Below, piece after piece: positions 56,301 through 64,000 of a stretch of DNA of 64,000 bases (position 1 is the stretch's first letter; every line of letters starts with the position of its first letter). The notes below the pieces were generated by a model, which ran no database searches, was not told the origin of the DNA, and saw nothing but the letters and a program-made list of their open reading frames with translations. The stretch comes from Patescibacteria group bacterium. Lineage in GTDB: Bacteria; Patescibacteriota; Patescibacteriia; UBA11705; DATKZF01. The translations under genes were made by a program, and so were the position numbers. The DNA lies in NCBI GenBank assembly GCA_049319825.1, contig JBMORT010000002.1:271230-335229 (forward strand). Direction: 5' to 3'.

Positions 56301-56912
56301 ATGAAACACTTGTTTTTGGCTCTCGTGGTGCTCAGTCTTTTCTCCAACTGCGATGAGGAGGATTTCGCGCCCGGGGTCACCATTCCCTGCGAATGGGACA
56401 TGGACTGCCCGTCGGACTCGTACTGCGATCAGTACTATTTCTGCGTCTGGCCCGAGGAGTACATCGTCGTGGAGGGTCAGCCGCAGCCTCAGACCGAAGT
56501 CATCGAAGAGGTCGTCTACGTGGACTGCGTCGACGACTGGGACTGCGACGTCGGCGAATACTGCTACCGGGACTTTTGTTACCGCGACGCCGAGTGCCTC
56601 GACGACCTGGACTGCGGCGCTTATGAAGACTGCGAAGGCGGCGAGTGCGTCGCGGTCGTCGAGTGCCTGCGCGACGAGCACTGCTACAGCGACGAGTACT
56701 GCGGCCAGGACGGGTTCTGCTACCAGAACGCGGATCAGTGCCAAAACAGCTACGACTGTCCGGAAAACACGGTCTGCGAGCGCGGCCGGTGCGTCGTGCC
56801 TTACGCGACGTACGCCTGCTGGACCAATCTCGACTGTCCGCCGGGCTTCAATGTCTGCGTGGACATCGTCTGTCCGACCGAAGAAGAGTGCCCGGGAATC
56901 TGCGCGCCCTGA
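56301..56912 (+). CDS. Cys-rich repeat lipoprotein. About 62% GC, a compositional outlier.
   Basis: Lipobox LVVLSLFSNCDEED. Six-plus units of DCxxDxxCxxxxxC(Y/V) such as CEWDMDCPSDSYCDQYYFC, CVDDWDCDVGEYCYRDFCY and CLRDEHCYSDEYCGQDGFCY. GAC/TGC/GTC codon bias unlike the neighbouring genes. Confidence 0.6.
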   Translation: MKHLFLALVVLSLFSNCDEEDFAPGVTIPCEWDMDCPSDSYCDQYYFCVWPEEYIVVEGQPQPQTEVIEEVVYVDCVDDWDCDVGEYCYRDFCYRDAECLDDLDCGAYEDCEGGECVAVVECLRDEHCYSDEYCGQDGFCYQNADQCQNSYDCPENTVCERGRCVVPYATYACWTNLDCPPGFNVCVDIVCPTEEECPGICAP

Positions 56913-57029
56913 GCGCCGACTAAAATCAAACCGCCAAAAGGCGCTGCAAACTGGCAGCGCCTGGAATTTTTTAAAAAACCCGACACGCTGTGCCGGGTTT
57001 TTCGCATCACAAACTGAAATTAGTCATCC

Positions 57030-58568
57030 CTATTTAAGTTTCTTTTCGAGAAGCTTTTTCGCTTTTTCCGGATTGGCTTTGCCCTGGGACTGCTTCATCA
57101 CTTGTCCGAGCAGGTATCTGATCACCGGTTCTTTGCCCGCTCGATATTCAGCGACTTGTTCTGGAAATTGTTTAACCACGGAATCAATCAGGGCATCAAG
57201 AGTCTCAACATCGTCCACTTGCTCCACGTTTAATTCCACCATGGCCTGCGACGGATCAATGCCGGTTTTGACCATTTGCTCCAAAATCTTAACTGCGCCG
57301 GCGCCGTTTACTTTCTTTTGATAAATAATGGCCATCAGCTCGGCGAAATTTTCTGGGTTGATTTCGCTTTCATCAAGATTAATTTTTTCTTTTTCCAATA
57401 CTGGCAGCAGCCGATTCACCAGCCAATCGCTCAGCAGCTTAATCAATTTTTTCCCCTCTGCTGTCCAAATTTCTTCTTTCGAACCCTCGACTTCCGGCAG
57501 AGTCGTTACCCACTCGTAAAGCTCGGATATTGAATGTTCCGCAAACTCAACAATATTTTTATCAGCAGTCAGTATTTTGGCTGTTTCTCCGGAAAAACCG
57601 TATTCCTGCATCAATCGTCGTCTTTTCGCCTGAGGCAATTCCGGCAGAGACTGTTTGATCGCTTCGATGCGTTCTTTCGTTATCATCAGCGGCGGAATAT
57701 CCGGTTCCGGAAAATACCGATAATCTTTGGCTTCTTCTTTACCTCGCAATTCAACCGTTTCATTGGTGTGATCATTCCAGCCGCGAGTGGTGGTTTGATC
57801 GGGCGGCGTGTGGTTTTCCCAGAGCAAGGTTTGTCTTTTTATTTCGAAGTCAAGGGCGTCCTCCAGCGCGCGAAACGAATTGATGTTTTTTATTTCCGTT
57901 TTGGGGTTAAGTTCTTTGTCATTTTCAGGCAGCAGTGAAATGTTCGCATCCACGCGCAGGTGGCCCTTTTCCATGTCCGCGTCGGAGATGCCCAGTTCGC
58001 GCACCATCAGCTGCAATTCCTGGCCGAACGTTTTGGCCTCATGAGCCGAACGCATATCCGGGTAGGTAACGATTTCTAGCAACGGCGATCCGCCGCGGTT
58101 AAAATCCAACAGACTTTTCGAGCCTGCTTTGGCATGAACCATTTTAGCGGTGTCTTCTTCCATGTGCACGCGCATGATTCGGATTTCTTTCAGCTCCTGC
58201 TCGTCATCCAGCCGGCCGGCTAGGCCGTCCAGCGCCCGATAATTGATTATCAATTCTCCTTCGGCGCAAATAGGCTGGTCAAACTGCGAAATTTGATAGC
58301 CTTTCGGTAAGTCTGGATAGAAATAATTTTTTCGGTCGAATTTGGTCAATCCCGCGATATGGCAGTTTAACGCCAGCCCCAGCTTGATGGCCCGGTCGAT
58401 GGCTTCGTCATTGACAACCGGCAGGGTGCCGGGGTGGCCGAGGCAAATCGGGCAAACAGAGGTATTCGGTTCGTCGTTTTCGTTTTGATTATTGCAGCCG
58501 CAGAACATTTTACTGCGTGTGTTTAATTGGATGTGAAATTCGAGGCCGATTATTGGTTTATATTTCAT
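57030..58568 (-). CDS. gatB: Asp-tRNA(Asn)/Glu-tRNA(Gln) amidotransferase subunit B
   Basis: MKYKPIIGLEFHIQLNTRSKMFCGC...VCPICLGHPGTLPV. 512 aa. Confidence 0.9.
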   Translation of the reverse strand: MKYKPIIGLEFHIQLNTRSKMFCGCNNQNENDEPNTSVCPICLGHPGTLPVVNDEAIDRAIKLGLALNCHIAGLTKFDRKNYFYPDLPKGYQISQFDQPICAEGELIINYRALDGLAGRLDDEQELKEIRIMRVHMEEDTAKMVHAKAGSKSLLDFNRGGSPLLEIVTYPDMRSAHEAKTFGQELQLMVRELGISDADMEKGHLRVDANISLLPENDKELNPKTEIKNINSFRALEDALDFEIKRQTLLWENHTPPDQTTTRGWNDHTNETVELRGKEEAKDYRYFPEPDIPPLMITKERIEAIKQSLPELPQAKRRRLMQEYGFSGETAKILTADKNIVEFAEHSISELYEWVTTLPEVEGSKEEIWTAEGKKLIKLLSDWLVNRLLPVLEKEKINLDESEINPENFAELMAIIYQKKVNGAGAVKILEQMVKTGIDPSQAMVELNVEQVDDVETLDALIDSVVKQFPEQVAEYRAGKEPVIRYLLGQVMKQSQGKANPEKAKKLLEKKLK

Positions 58569-58606
58569 ATGGTTGAAGCTAGAAGCTGGAATTTTGAAGC
58601 CGGTTA

Positions 58607-59245
58607 TTATAATATTTCACTGACTTTTTCCCAGATTTGATTTTGAATGTTTTCAATCGTGTCTTCAGCGTTTATTACTGTCCAGTTCGCTTCGGTTTTT
58701 GCCAGTGATAAATATCCCTGTCTGACTTTTTCATGGAATTCAATCTTTTCCGCGTCAAAGCGATCATCTTTTAAGTTGTTCCGATCTCGGCCGTTTTCCA
58801 CTCTGGCCAGTCCGATTTTAGGATCAATATCCAGCAGGATGGTTAAATCCGGATTGAGTCCGCCAGTGGCGAAGCTGTTTATTTGCTTGACTTTTTCCAG
58901 AGCGAAAAGACCTCTGCCAAAATGCTGATAGGCGAATGATGACCCTTGAAAGCGATCGCAGACGATAATAGTGCCTTTTTCCATTTCCGGCCCGACCACC
59001 TGCTTGACATGCTGAGCTCTGGCGGCCAGAAATAAAAATAATTCGGTTTCCGGTACCATTGCTTTATTGGCCGGATCTTTTAGCATTTCTCTGATTTTTT
59101 CCGCGATTGGGCAGTTGGCGCCGCCAGGCTCGCGGGTTGTTAAAACGTGATAGCCCGCAGCCGTAAGTTTTTGTTCTAAAAATTTGATTTGAGTGGTTTT
59201 ACCCGTGCCTTCGCCGCCTTCAAAGACAATGAATTTTCCAATCAT
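58607..59245 (-). CDS. tmk: Thymidylate kinase
   Basis: MIGKFIVFEGGEGTGKTTQ P-loop. DRF motif VCDRFQGSSFAYQ. Start trimmed to Met43 of the track ORF (58607..59371). Confidence 0.85.
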   Translation of the reverse strand: MIGKFIVFEGGEGTGKTTQIKFLEQKLTAAGYHVLTTREPGGANCPIAEKIREMLKDPANKAMVPETELFLFLAARAQHVKQVVGPEMEKGTIIVCDRFQGSSFAYQHFGRGLFALEKVKQINSFATGGLNPDLTILLDIDPKIGLARVENGRDRNNLKDDRFDAEKIEFHEKVRQGYLSLAKTEANWTVINAEDTIENIQNQIWEKVSEIL

Positions 59246-59388
59246 ATGGAAGTTATTTAGTATTATTGATATTTTATCACATTTCGTGGCCGAGTAGAAT
59301 AATTGACAATCATGAAAAAATCTGATAAAACTTAAATGTTGCCTCACCGGGGCAAGCGCAGTGAACCGCACTTTAGCAGGGGGAAAAA

Positions 59389-59808
59389 GTGCTGAATATT
59401 TTAGTCATCGGTTATGAAAGAAAAAATGCGGGCCGCATTGGATTGTGGTGTCAAGAAAATTTGAATTCAACCAACGTGGCATATGTTGATGAGCGCGAAT
59501 TGCGTGATCAGTTTGATGACCATGGGGTTACCCTGCCAGCCGGCGCTGATCTGGTGATTCTGGCCGAATTCAGCCGGGCGCATCGTTTTCTTACGCCATT
59601 GCTGCTTGCCGTGCACGCCGCGGCCATCAGGCAGCATAAAAAAATGTTGGTAATCACGGTCAACTCTAAGCTGACTGAAGCAAAGCCACTGCGTTTTCGG
59701 GATGGGTTTTGGCACCTGTGTCTCCCCCCCCAGGCGCTGATTTGGGGGGAAAGGATCACCGACGCGGTTGATGAAATCTTCCAGGTATCAGCGGCTTCGG
59801 TCGCCTAG
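59389..59808 (+). CDS. Hypothetical protein, opposite strand within the nucleotide-metabolism cluster. Contains C8 and G6 homopolymer tracts.
   Basis: ORF only. C8 at 59724-59731 and G6 at 59744-59749. Confidence 0.35.
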   Translation: MLNILVIGYERKNAGRIGLWCQENLNSTNVAYVDERELRDQFDDHGVTLPAGADLVILAEFSRAHRFLTPLLLAVHAAAIRQHKKMLVITVNSKLTEAKPLRFRDGFWHLCLPPQALIWGERITDAVDEIFQVSAASVA

Positions 59809-59864
59809 CGAGGATTGAAGAGCCAGATCATGTCGGCTCTTTTTTATTTGTCCCCGGGCGCGGG

Positions 59865-60305
59865 TTATAATCCGGTCGATCCGAAACCGCCTCGAGAAGT
59901 TCCGGCTATTTGGTCAGCTTCCTCGAATTCAACTTTTTCAATCGGCATTATTAAGGCTTGACACAGCCTGTCTCCGCGCTCAATTTTGACTGGTTTATTC
60001 GTAATATTATAGAGGCTTAAATTTATTTCATCATCAGGACCGCAATAATCTTGATCAACCACGCCGATATTGTTTGAGAGCGTCAGTCCCTTCTTAACGG
60101 CCAGGCTGGAGCGATCCGCGATGATCAGCGCGAATCCCTCGGGGACTTCGACAATCAAATTTGTCGGCAGTTTTTCGATGGACCGGGGCATTATTTCCTT
60201 ATCGATTCGGCTGTATAAATCAAAAGCGACCGACCCCGGGGTTTGATATTGCGGTATGGGCAGGTCTTTTTCAATTCGTTTGATTTTTATTTTCATACTT
60301 TTCAA
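59865..60305 (-). CDS. dut: dUTP diphosphatase (dUTPase)
   Basis: Motifs GSVAFDLY, RSSLAVKKGLTLSNNIGVVDQDYCG and SRGGFGSTG. Confidence 0.9.
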   Translation of the reverse strand: MKSMKIKIKRIEKDLPIPQYQTPGSVAFDLYSRIDKEIMPRSIEKLPTNLIVEVPEGFALIIADRSSLAVKKGLTLSNNIGVVDQDYCGPDDEINLSLYNITNKPVKIERGDRLCQALIMPIEKVEFEEADQIAGTSRGGFGSTGL

Positions 60306-60843
60306 CTAATTGATCAAGCCTGGAGTAAAGATCATCGTGAGTGCCATTATTGTCAATTACTTCGGTGGCTGCGGCCGCGATGACCGCGATGGTCTTTTCA
60401 GTTTCTTTCTCATGGTCTTTTTTAAAGTCTTTAAAAGTTTTTACCTGATCATCGGTATTTTCCGAACGATCGACGATTCGTTTATATCTTGTATCCATGT
60501 CGGCGAAAATGTTGATCAGCACGAAATTGGGAATGTTTTTTAGATAAATGATGTCTTCCGGTCGGCGAATGCCATCCACGCAAATTATCGGAGCGTTGTC
60601 GTCTTCGACTTCTTCGGCAATCACTTTGGCGAAAAGATCCTGGCCGAACTTTTGTCTCAAAAGAGTCGATATGCTCTGAAGATTTTCTCTGGTTTGTTCC
60701 AGGTATAATCGATCAAGGACATCTCGCAGTATTGTTGAATAGCGATGGTTGCCGGCGCCGTATTTGTTTATCAGATAATCGCAGGCGGTACCCTTGCCGC
60801 TGGCGATCTCGCCGACAAATCCGAAAATAATTTTATTGGGCAT
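60271..60843 (-). CDS. P-loop nucleotide kinase family protein (dNMP/cytidylate/dephospho-CoA-kinase-like fold). Exact substrate uncertain.
   Basis: Walker A FGFVGEIASGKGTACDYL. 190 aa. Overlaps dut by 35 nt. Embedded in the dTMP cluster. Confidence 0.5.
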   Translation of the reverse strand: MPNKIIFGFVGEIASGKGTACDYLINKYGAGNHRYSTILRDVLDRLYLEQTRENLQSISTLLRQKFGQDLFAKVIAEEVEDDNAPIICVDGIRRPEDIIYLKNIPNFVLINIFADMDTRYKRIVDRSENTDDQVKTFKDFKKDHEKETEKTIAVIAAAATEVIDNNGTHDDLYSRLDQLVEKYENKNQTN

Positions 60844-60846
60844 ATG

Positions 60847-62733
60847 TTATTTTTGAGTAATCGTCTGCGTGCCGCGCCTGATATCCCAATCGCTTTGCTC
60901 GAGATCCGAGTGGAGCTTGAGGGCGGGAAATCTTTCCCGGAGCGCGTGATGCATTTGATGAGCGATTTTTCTTAAGGTCGGATGAACCGGCTTGCCGGAT
61001 CTTAATTCGACGACATAAACGGTCGCCGGCAGGCCGTAGGCCACGCGGCAGGGGACATTGAATCCCAATGAAATGTAATATTGTTTGATTTCTTCGGCCG
61101 CGTTTAAAGCGGTAATGCGAATTTTTTGCTCCGCGATCAATTGCTTGGCTTTTTCCCGAATATTATCCGGCAATTGGTCCAGATACCATGCGTTGAAGCC
61201 TTTGTCTGTCGTTAGCAGCGGCATTCGGCAGACGCCGTTTCGGTGCCGCTGAATGTCGCGAAAAGATCCGTAGTCCAGGTCGAAATCGAACTGCACCAGG
61301 CCCAGTTCGGAAAGAAAGTGCGGCAGATTGGTTTTCAGCGGCCGCGAGCTGATAATATCGGAGTATTTGCTAAGCTCCACCGCGTTAATGGACGTTTGAC
61401 AAGAAAATTCGGGGCTGACGGCTGATCGGTAATAATAATATTTTGCGTTGGTGTATTGCCTGAATTTTTCCTGATCATCATACAGATTATGCGAGAAGCT
61501 GTTGGCATATTTTTCTTTAAGCGTCTTATGGATTTTTTCCGCGATTTCCCTGACTTCGGGCAGGGGATTGTGCCGGAGCAAAGCGATTTTATCCCAAGCT
61601 TGGCGCAGATTGGTATGCCAGCTAAGCTGAGTGGTGATGCCGGCGGGTAAAAAGCCGCGCATGATGTCAAAGGTGCGGGCCTTGACCGCGTTTTCGTAAA
61701 CAGTTTCATTTTCCTCAGGTTTTTTGGGATAGTTTTTCTTGATATGTTCGCTGACCGCCGGCTGGCTGGAGACGTAAAAATCCATCCATTTGGAAATAAT
61801 CAGTTTCGATTCGTCAGAATTGATCGGATCAACAATCGCTTGTTTGGACATGTCAACATAGCGGGTGCTGGTTTCTTGTCCATTATATAAAGGCCAGTCC
61901 TGTATCGCTTTATCGGCAAGAATGCTTATTTTTTCAATGAATAAAGTTGTCGAGCCGCAATCGGCGATACTCTGATGGCCGTAGCCCACATAATAGCGCT
62001 CCATGAATTTGCCTGACCCGGTTTCTTCCACTTTTTTCACGTGTTCGGTAACGCTTTGCGGGCTTCTCGAATACAGTGCCTGCAGCATGGCCGTGTCTTC
62101 TGGCGCGTATTGATCGTATAAATAAACCTGAGCCAGCTGATTGTTTGCGGGCTGCGCTTTTTCGTTCGATTCAATTGGCTGGTTTTGCTTGGCGTCTGGC
62201 CTTTTATCTGGTTCATTATACAGATGAACCAAATCCAATTCTAAAATTTCAGGATTAGGCTTTTGATGTTTTTCGAATTTCACTCCGGCTTCCAGAAATA
62301 ATTTTACAAAGTCATTATCATTGTAATCACGATAAGTCACCACTTTTTTAATGCCCGCGTTGACGATCATCTTGGCGCAAATAATGCATGGCGTGTGAGT
62401 GCAGTAAAGTGTCGCGCCTTCAAGATTTATTCCGTGAAACGAAGCTTGAATAATGGCGTTTTGCTCGGCATGCACAGCCCGGCAGATTTGATGCTGAGTG
62501 CCCGATGGAATCTTTAATTCATCTCGCAGACAACCAAGCTCAAGGCAGTCTTTGGTGCCCGCTGGCGCGCCATTGTATCCGGTGGCCAGCACGTGTTTGT
62601 TTTTAACGGCGATAGCGCCCACGCGATGCCTTAGGCAAGTGGCTCTTTCCGCAACCAGCATCGCCAGTTTTAAAAAGTATTGGTCCCAGGATGGTCTTGA
62701 ATAAGGTTTTTGTTCGCTGTTTTTTTCGGCCAT
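60847..62733 (-). CDS. Fusion protein: N-terminal dCMP deaminase (zinc CDA fold) plus C-terminal tandem-duplicated ThyX-like (flavin-dependent thymidylate synthase) domain
   Basis: Deaminase motifs HAEQNAI...PCIICAKMIV. ThyX-like repeat 1 GHQSIADCGSTTLFIEKISILADKAIQDWPLYNGQETSTRY (S-x-RY retained, RHR replaced). ARTFDIMRGFLPAGITTQLSWHTNLRQAWDKIALLR aligns with ThyX R..LP...T..W..N.R....FL.LR. Repeat 2 carries FRDIQRHRNG (RHR motif). Confidence 0.6.
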   Translation of the reverse strand: MAEKNSEQKPYSRPSWDQYFLKLAMLVAERATCLRHRVGAIAVKNKHVLATGYNGAPAGTKDCLELGCLRDELKIPSGTQHQICRAVHAEQNAIIQASFHGINLEGATLYCTHTPCIICAKMIVNAGIKKVVTYRDYNDNDFVKLFLEAGVKFEKHQKPNPEILELDLVHLYNEPDKRPDAKQNQPIESNEKAQPANNQLAQVYLYDQYAPEDTAMLQALYSRSPQSVTEHVKKVEETGSGKFMERYYVGYGHQSIADCGSTTLFIEKISILADKAIQDWPLYNGQETSTRYVDMSKQAIVDPINSDESKLIISKWMDFYVSSQPAVSEHIKKNYPKKPEENETVYENAVKARTFDIMRGFLPAGITTQLSWHTNLRQAWDKIALLRHNPLPEVREIAEKIHKTLKEKYANSFSHNLYDDQEKFRQYTNAKYYYYRSAVSPEFSCQTSINAVELSKYSDIISSRPLKTNLPHFLSELGLVQFDFDLDYGSFRDIQRHRNGVCRMPLLTTDKGFNAWYLDQLPDNIREKAKQLIAEQKIRITALNAAEEIKQYYISLGFNVPCRVAYGLPATVYVVELRSGKPVHPTLRKIAHQMHHALRERFPALKLHSDLEQSDWDIRRGTQTITQK

Positions 62734-62844
62734 ATATTTGGGTATTTAATTACAACCCCTCCTTTTTGGTGCTGTCATTTTAACAAAATTGCCCGGGTAA
62801 TGGAAGTGGAAAAGTGGGGCATTTTCCATTTTAATTAAGAACCA

Positions 62845-62872
62845 TTGACAGATGCCGTTGATGTGCTATGGT
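62845..62872 (+). promoter_or_regulatory. Sigma70-like promoter TTGACA-16-TATGGT
   Basis: ttgacagatgccgttgatgtgctatggt. RBS aaggagg before ATG 62897. Confidence 0.45.
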
Positions 62873-62896
62873 GAGTAAATAATCAAGGAGGGGAAA

Positions 62897-63214
62897 ATGA
62901 CCGGTTTTTACCTAAAATTGACGCGCGCGCCGGATAAATCGTCGGAGGTCCATGTAAAACTGGTCGGCTTGGACGAGGTTGAAGGAATTATATTGAAAGA
63001 CCCTGAATTAAAAGAAATTTTATTCATTTTCAAATCAAATGATCGGGAAATCGATATCGCCAGGGGATTTGCCGGACGCGGTTGGCGAGCTTTAGAAAAA
63101 CGACAATTGGATGTTTCTGAGGAATTTATGCGCGCCGCCCGGTTTTTTCTCAAAGATAGAAAAGCCCTCGAAGACCTTTGGGAAATTGAAAATAATAAAA
63201 GCGTGTCTTCATAA
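62897..63214 (+). CDS. Hypothetical small protein (105 aa)
   Basis: ORF with strong RBS. No motif recognised. Confidence 0.35.
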   Translation: MTGFYLKLTRAPDKSSEVHVKLVGLDEVEGIILKDPELKEILFIFKSNDREIDIARGFAGRGWRALEKRQLDVSEEFMRAARFFLKDRKALEDLWEIENNKSVSS

Positions 63215-63268
63215 GATCCGCTTTTTTTTAAAAAAATTATGCATTATCGATAATCATTACTAATAAAT

Positions 63269-63297
63269 TTGACAAAAGTATTTTTGTTTGCTATAAT
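63269..63297 (+). promoter_or_regulatory. Consensus sigma70 promoter TTGACA-17-TATAAT, followed by leader hairpin
   Basis: ttgacaaaagtatttttgtttgctataat. Then gaagctc-agtttt-cgagctt plus ttttt. Then RBS caaggagg. Confidence 0.55.
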
Positions 63298-63356
63298 GAT
63301 TACAGAAGCTCAGTTTTCGAGCTTTTTTCTTTTTAAACGGCTACAAGGAGGCTGTC

Positions 63357-63734
63357 ATGGTTGCCGCAAGAGCTCCGGATTACCTTGCGAATGCGACAAC
63401 AAGACCGATTCTTGAGCAGAATCAATGTCCTCGTCCGATTCGCCGCGAAATTCGGAGGCCGACAAGACAGATTTCTCGTATCAGGGTTAGGTTTGAAAAC
63501 TGCCATTTTATCGTGATTGTCGAAGTGGGAGCCACTCAGTTGCATACTCAGCTCAATGCTTATAAAAAAGTGGCGGGTGAAGCCTTTTTGAACAAAAATT
63601 CTGCCCTGCTTTGTTCAGTGGTCAATGCCATGATGAAAATCGTCTTGAAACTTCCGGAAAACGAGGCTGAAGCGTACTGGGTGCTGATTTGCGCCTATCT
63701 TCAGGAATTAAGACAGCTGTCCAAGGCCGCTTAA
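63357..63734 (+). CDS. Hypothetical protein (125 aa)
   Basis: ORF with aaggagg RBS. Confidence 0.35.
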   Translation: MVAARAPDYLANATTRPILEQNQCPRPIRREIRRPTRQISRIRVRFENCHFIVIVEVGATQLHTQLNAYKKVAGEAFLNKNSALLCSVVNAMMKIVLKLPENEAEAYWVLICAYLQELRQLSKAA

Positions 63735-63840
63735 GCTGCAGGTGACAATCACTTGCGGCTTTTTATTTCGGCTCTTGACGCCACAGCGATCGATTTGCTA
63801 GGATTGAGTGATTCACCGCTGTAAAAAAAGGAGATTGAGG

Positions 63841-64000
63841 ATGGAAATGCTTCAAGCGGCCTCAGATTGGGATAGCCAGATTGTTTGTGAAAAATGTGAA
63901 GCAAATTTTAAAATTACCGCGGATGATTTAATTTTAACTCCGAGCAGCGTCGCGGTTGCCAGACAAGCGTACGTATTATGTCCCTGCTGCCATGAGCGAT
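63841..64000 (+). CDS. Partial ORF (N-terminus) with zinc-ribbon-like Cys pairs. Continues beyond the window.
   Basis: MEMLQAASDWDSQIVCEKCEANF...YVLCPCCHE. Confidence 0.3.
   Translation, partial: MEMLQAASDWDSQIVCEKCEANFKITADDLILTPSSVAVARQAYVLCPCCHER

Noticed and set aside
56244-57321. Overlapping ORFs 56353..57321 (+) and 56244..56744 (-) across the Cys-rich lipoprotein and into gatB
   Set aside because: High GC suppresses stops in all frames. The translations are low-complexity (R/A/T/S-rich). The lipoprotein frame has a lipobox, a promoter and coherent repeats. The 56353 ORF also runs antisense into gatB.
58607-59371. 254-aa Tmk with a 42-residue N-terminal extension
   Set aside because: The extension (MRFTALAPVRQHLSF...) precedes the canonical start MIGKFIVFEGGEGTGKT. 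Tmk P-loops sit at residues 8-15, so the internal Met at 59245 is the likely start.

Overview
This 64-kb window appears to come from a small-genome, CPR/Patescibacteria-like bacterium. That is inferred from two giant Cys-rich surface proteins (2271 and 3153 aa), weak or non-canonical Shine-Dalgarno use, a fragmented dcw cluster and minimalist metabolism. The standard genetic code is supported by a full-length RF2 gene and by TGA used as a stop codon.

Core genes recognised:
- ybeY-dgkA
- ftsA-ftsZ
- class III ribonucleotide reductase nrdD and its activase nrdG
- htrA, prfB and ksgA
- rpmA
- iscU, an Nfu-domain gene and iscS/nifS
- ftsW-murD-mraY
- miaB-miaA
- gatB
- a thymidylate module: tmk, dut, a P-loop kinase and a dCMP-deaminase fused to a tandem ThyX-like domain

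Accessory content:
- The first giant protein has a pilin-like N-terminus and a tandem array of near-identical Cys-rich repeats.
- Three small membrane proteins with thrombospondin-type-3 Ca-binding repeats flank the giants.
- Roughly 34.99-45.2 kb is a mosaic of high-GC genes (PEGA lipoprotein, C39-like peptidase with MopE-like repeats) interrupted by a RayT/IS200-like HUH transposase and GTAG-containing REP-like palindromes.
- The same stretch holds three paralogous cytoplasmic proteins of unknown function, each behind a near-consensus sigma70 promoter and strong RBS.
- A separate 62% GC Cys-rich lipoprotein sits at 56.3 kb.

The most striking observation is that the NrdD glycyl-radical motif (RVVGY...RWNKGK) lies in a separate 48-codon ORF. 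It is in the same frame as nrdD, 84 nt past its stop codon, beyond in-frame stops and a hairpin.

No rRNA, tRNA or CRISPR arrays were found.
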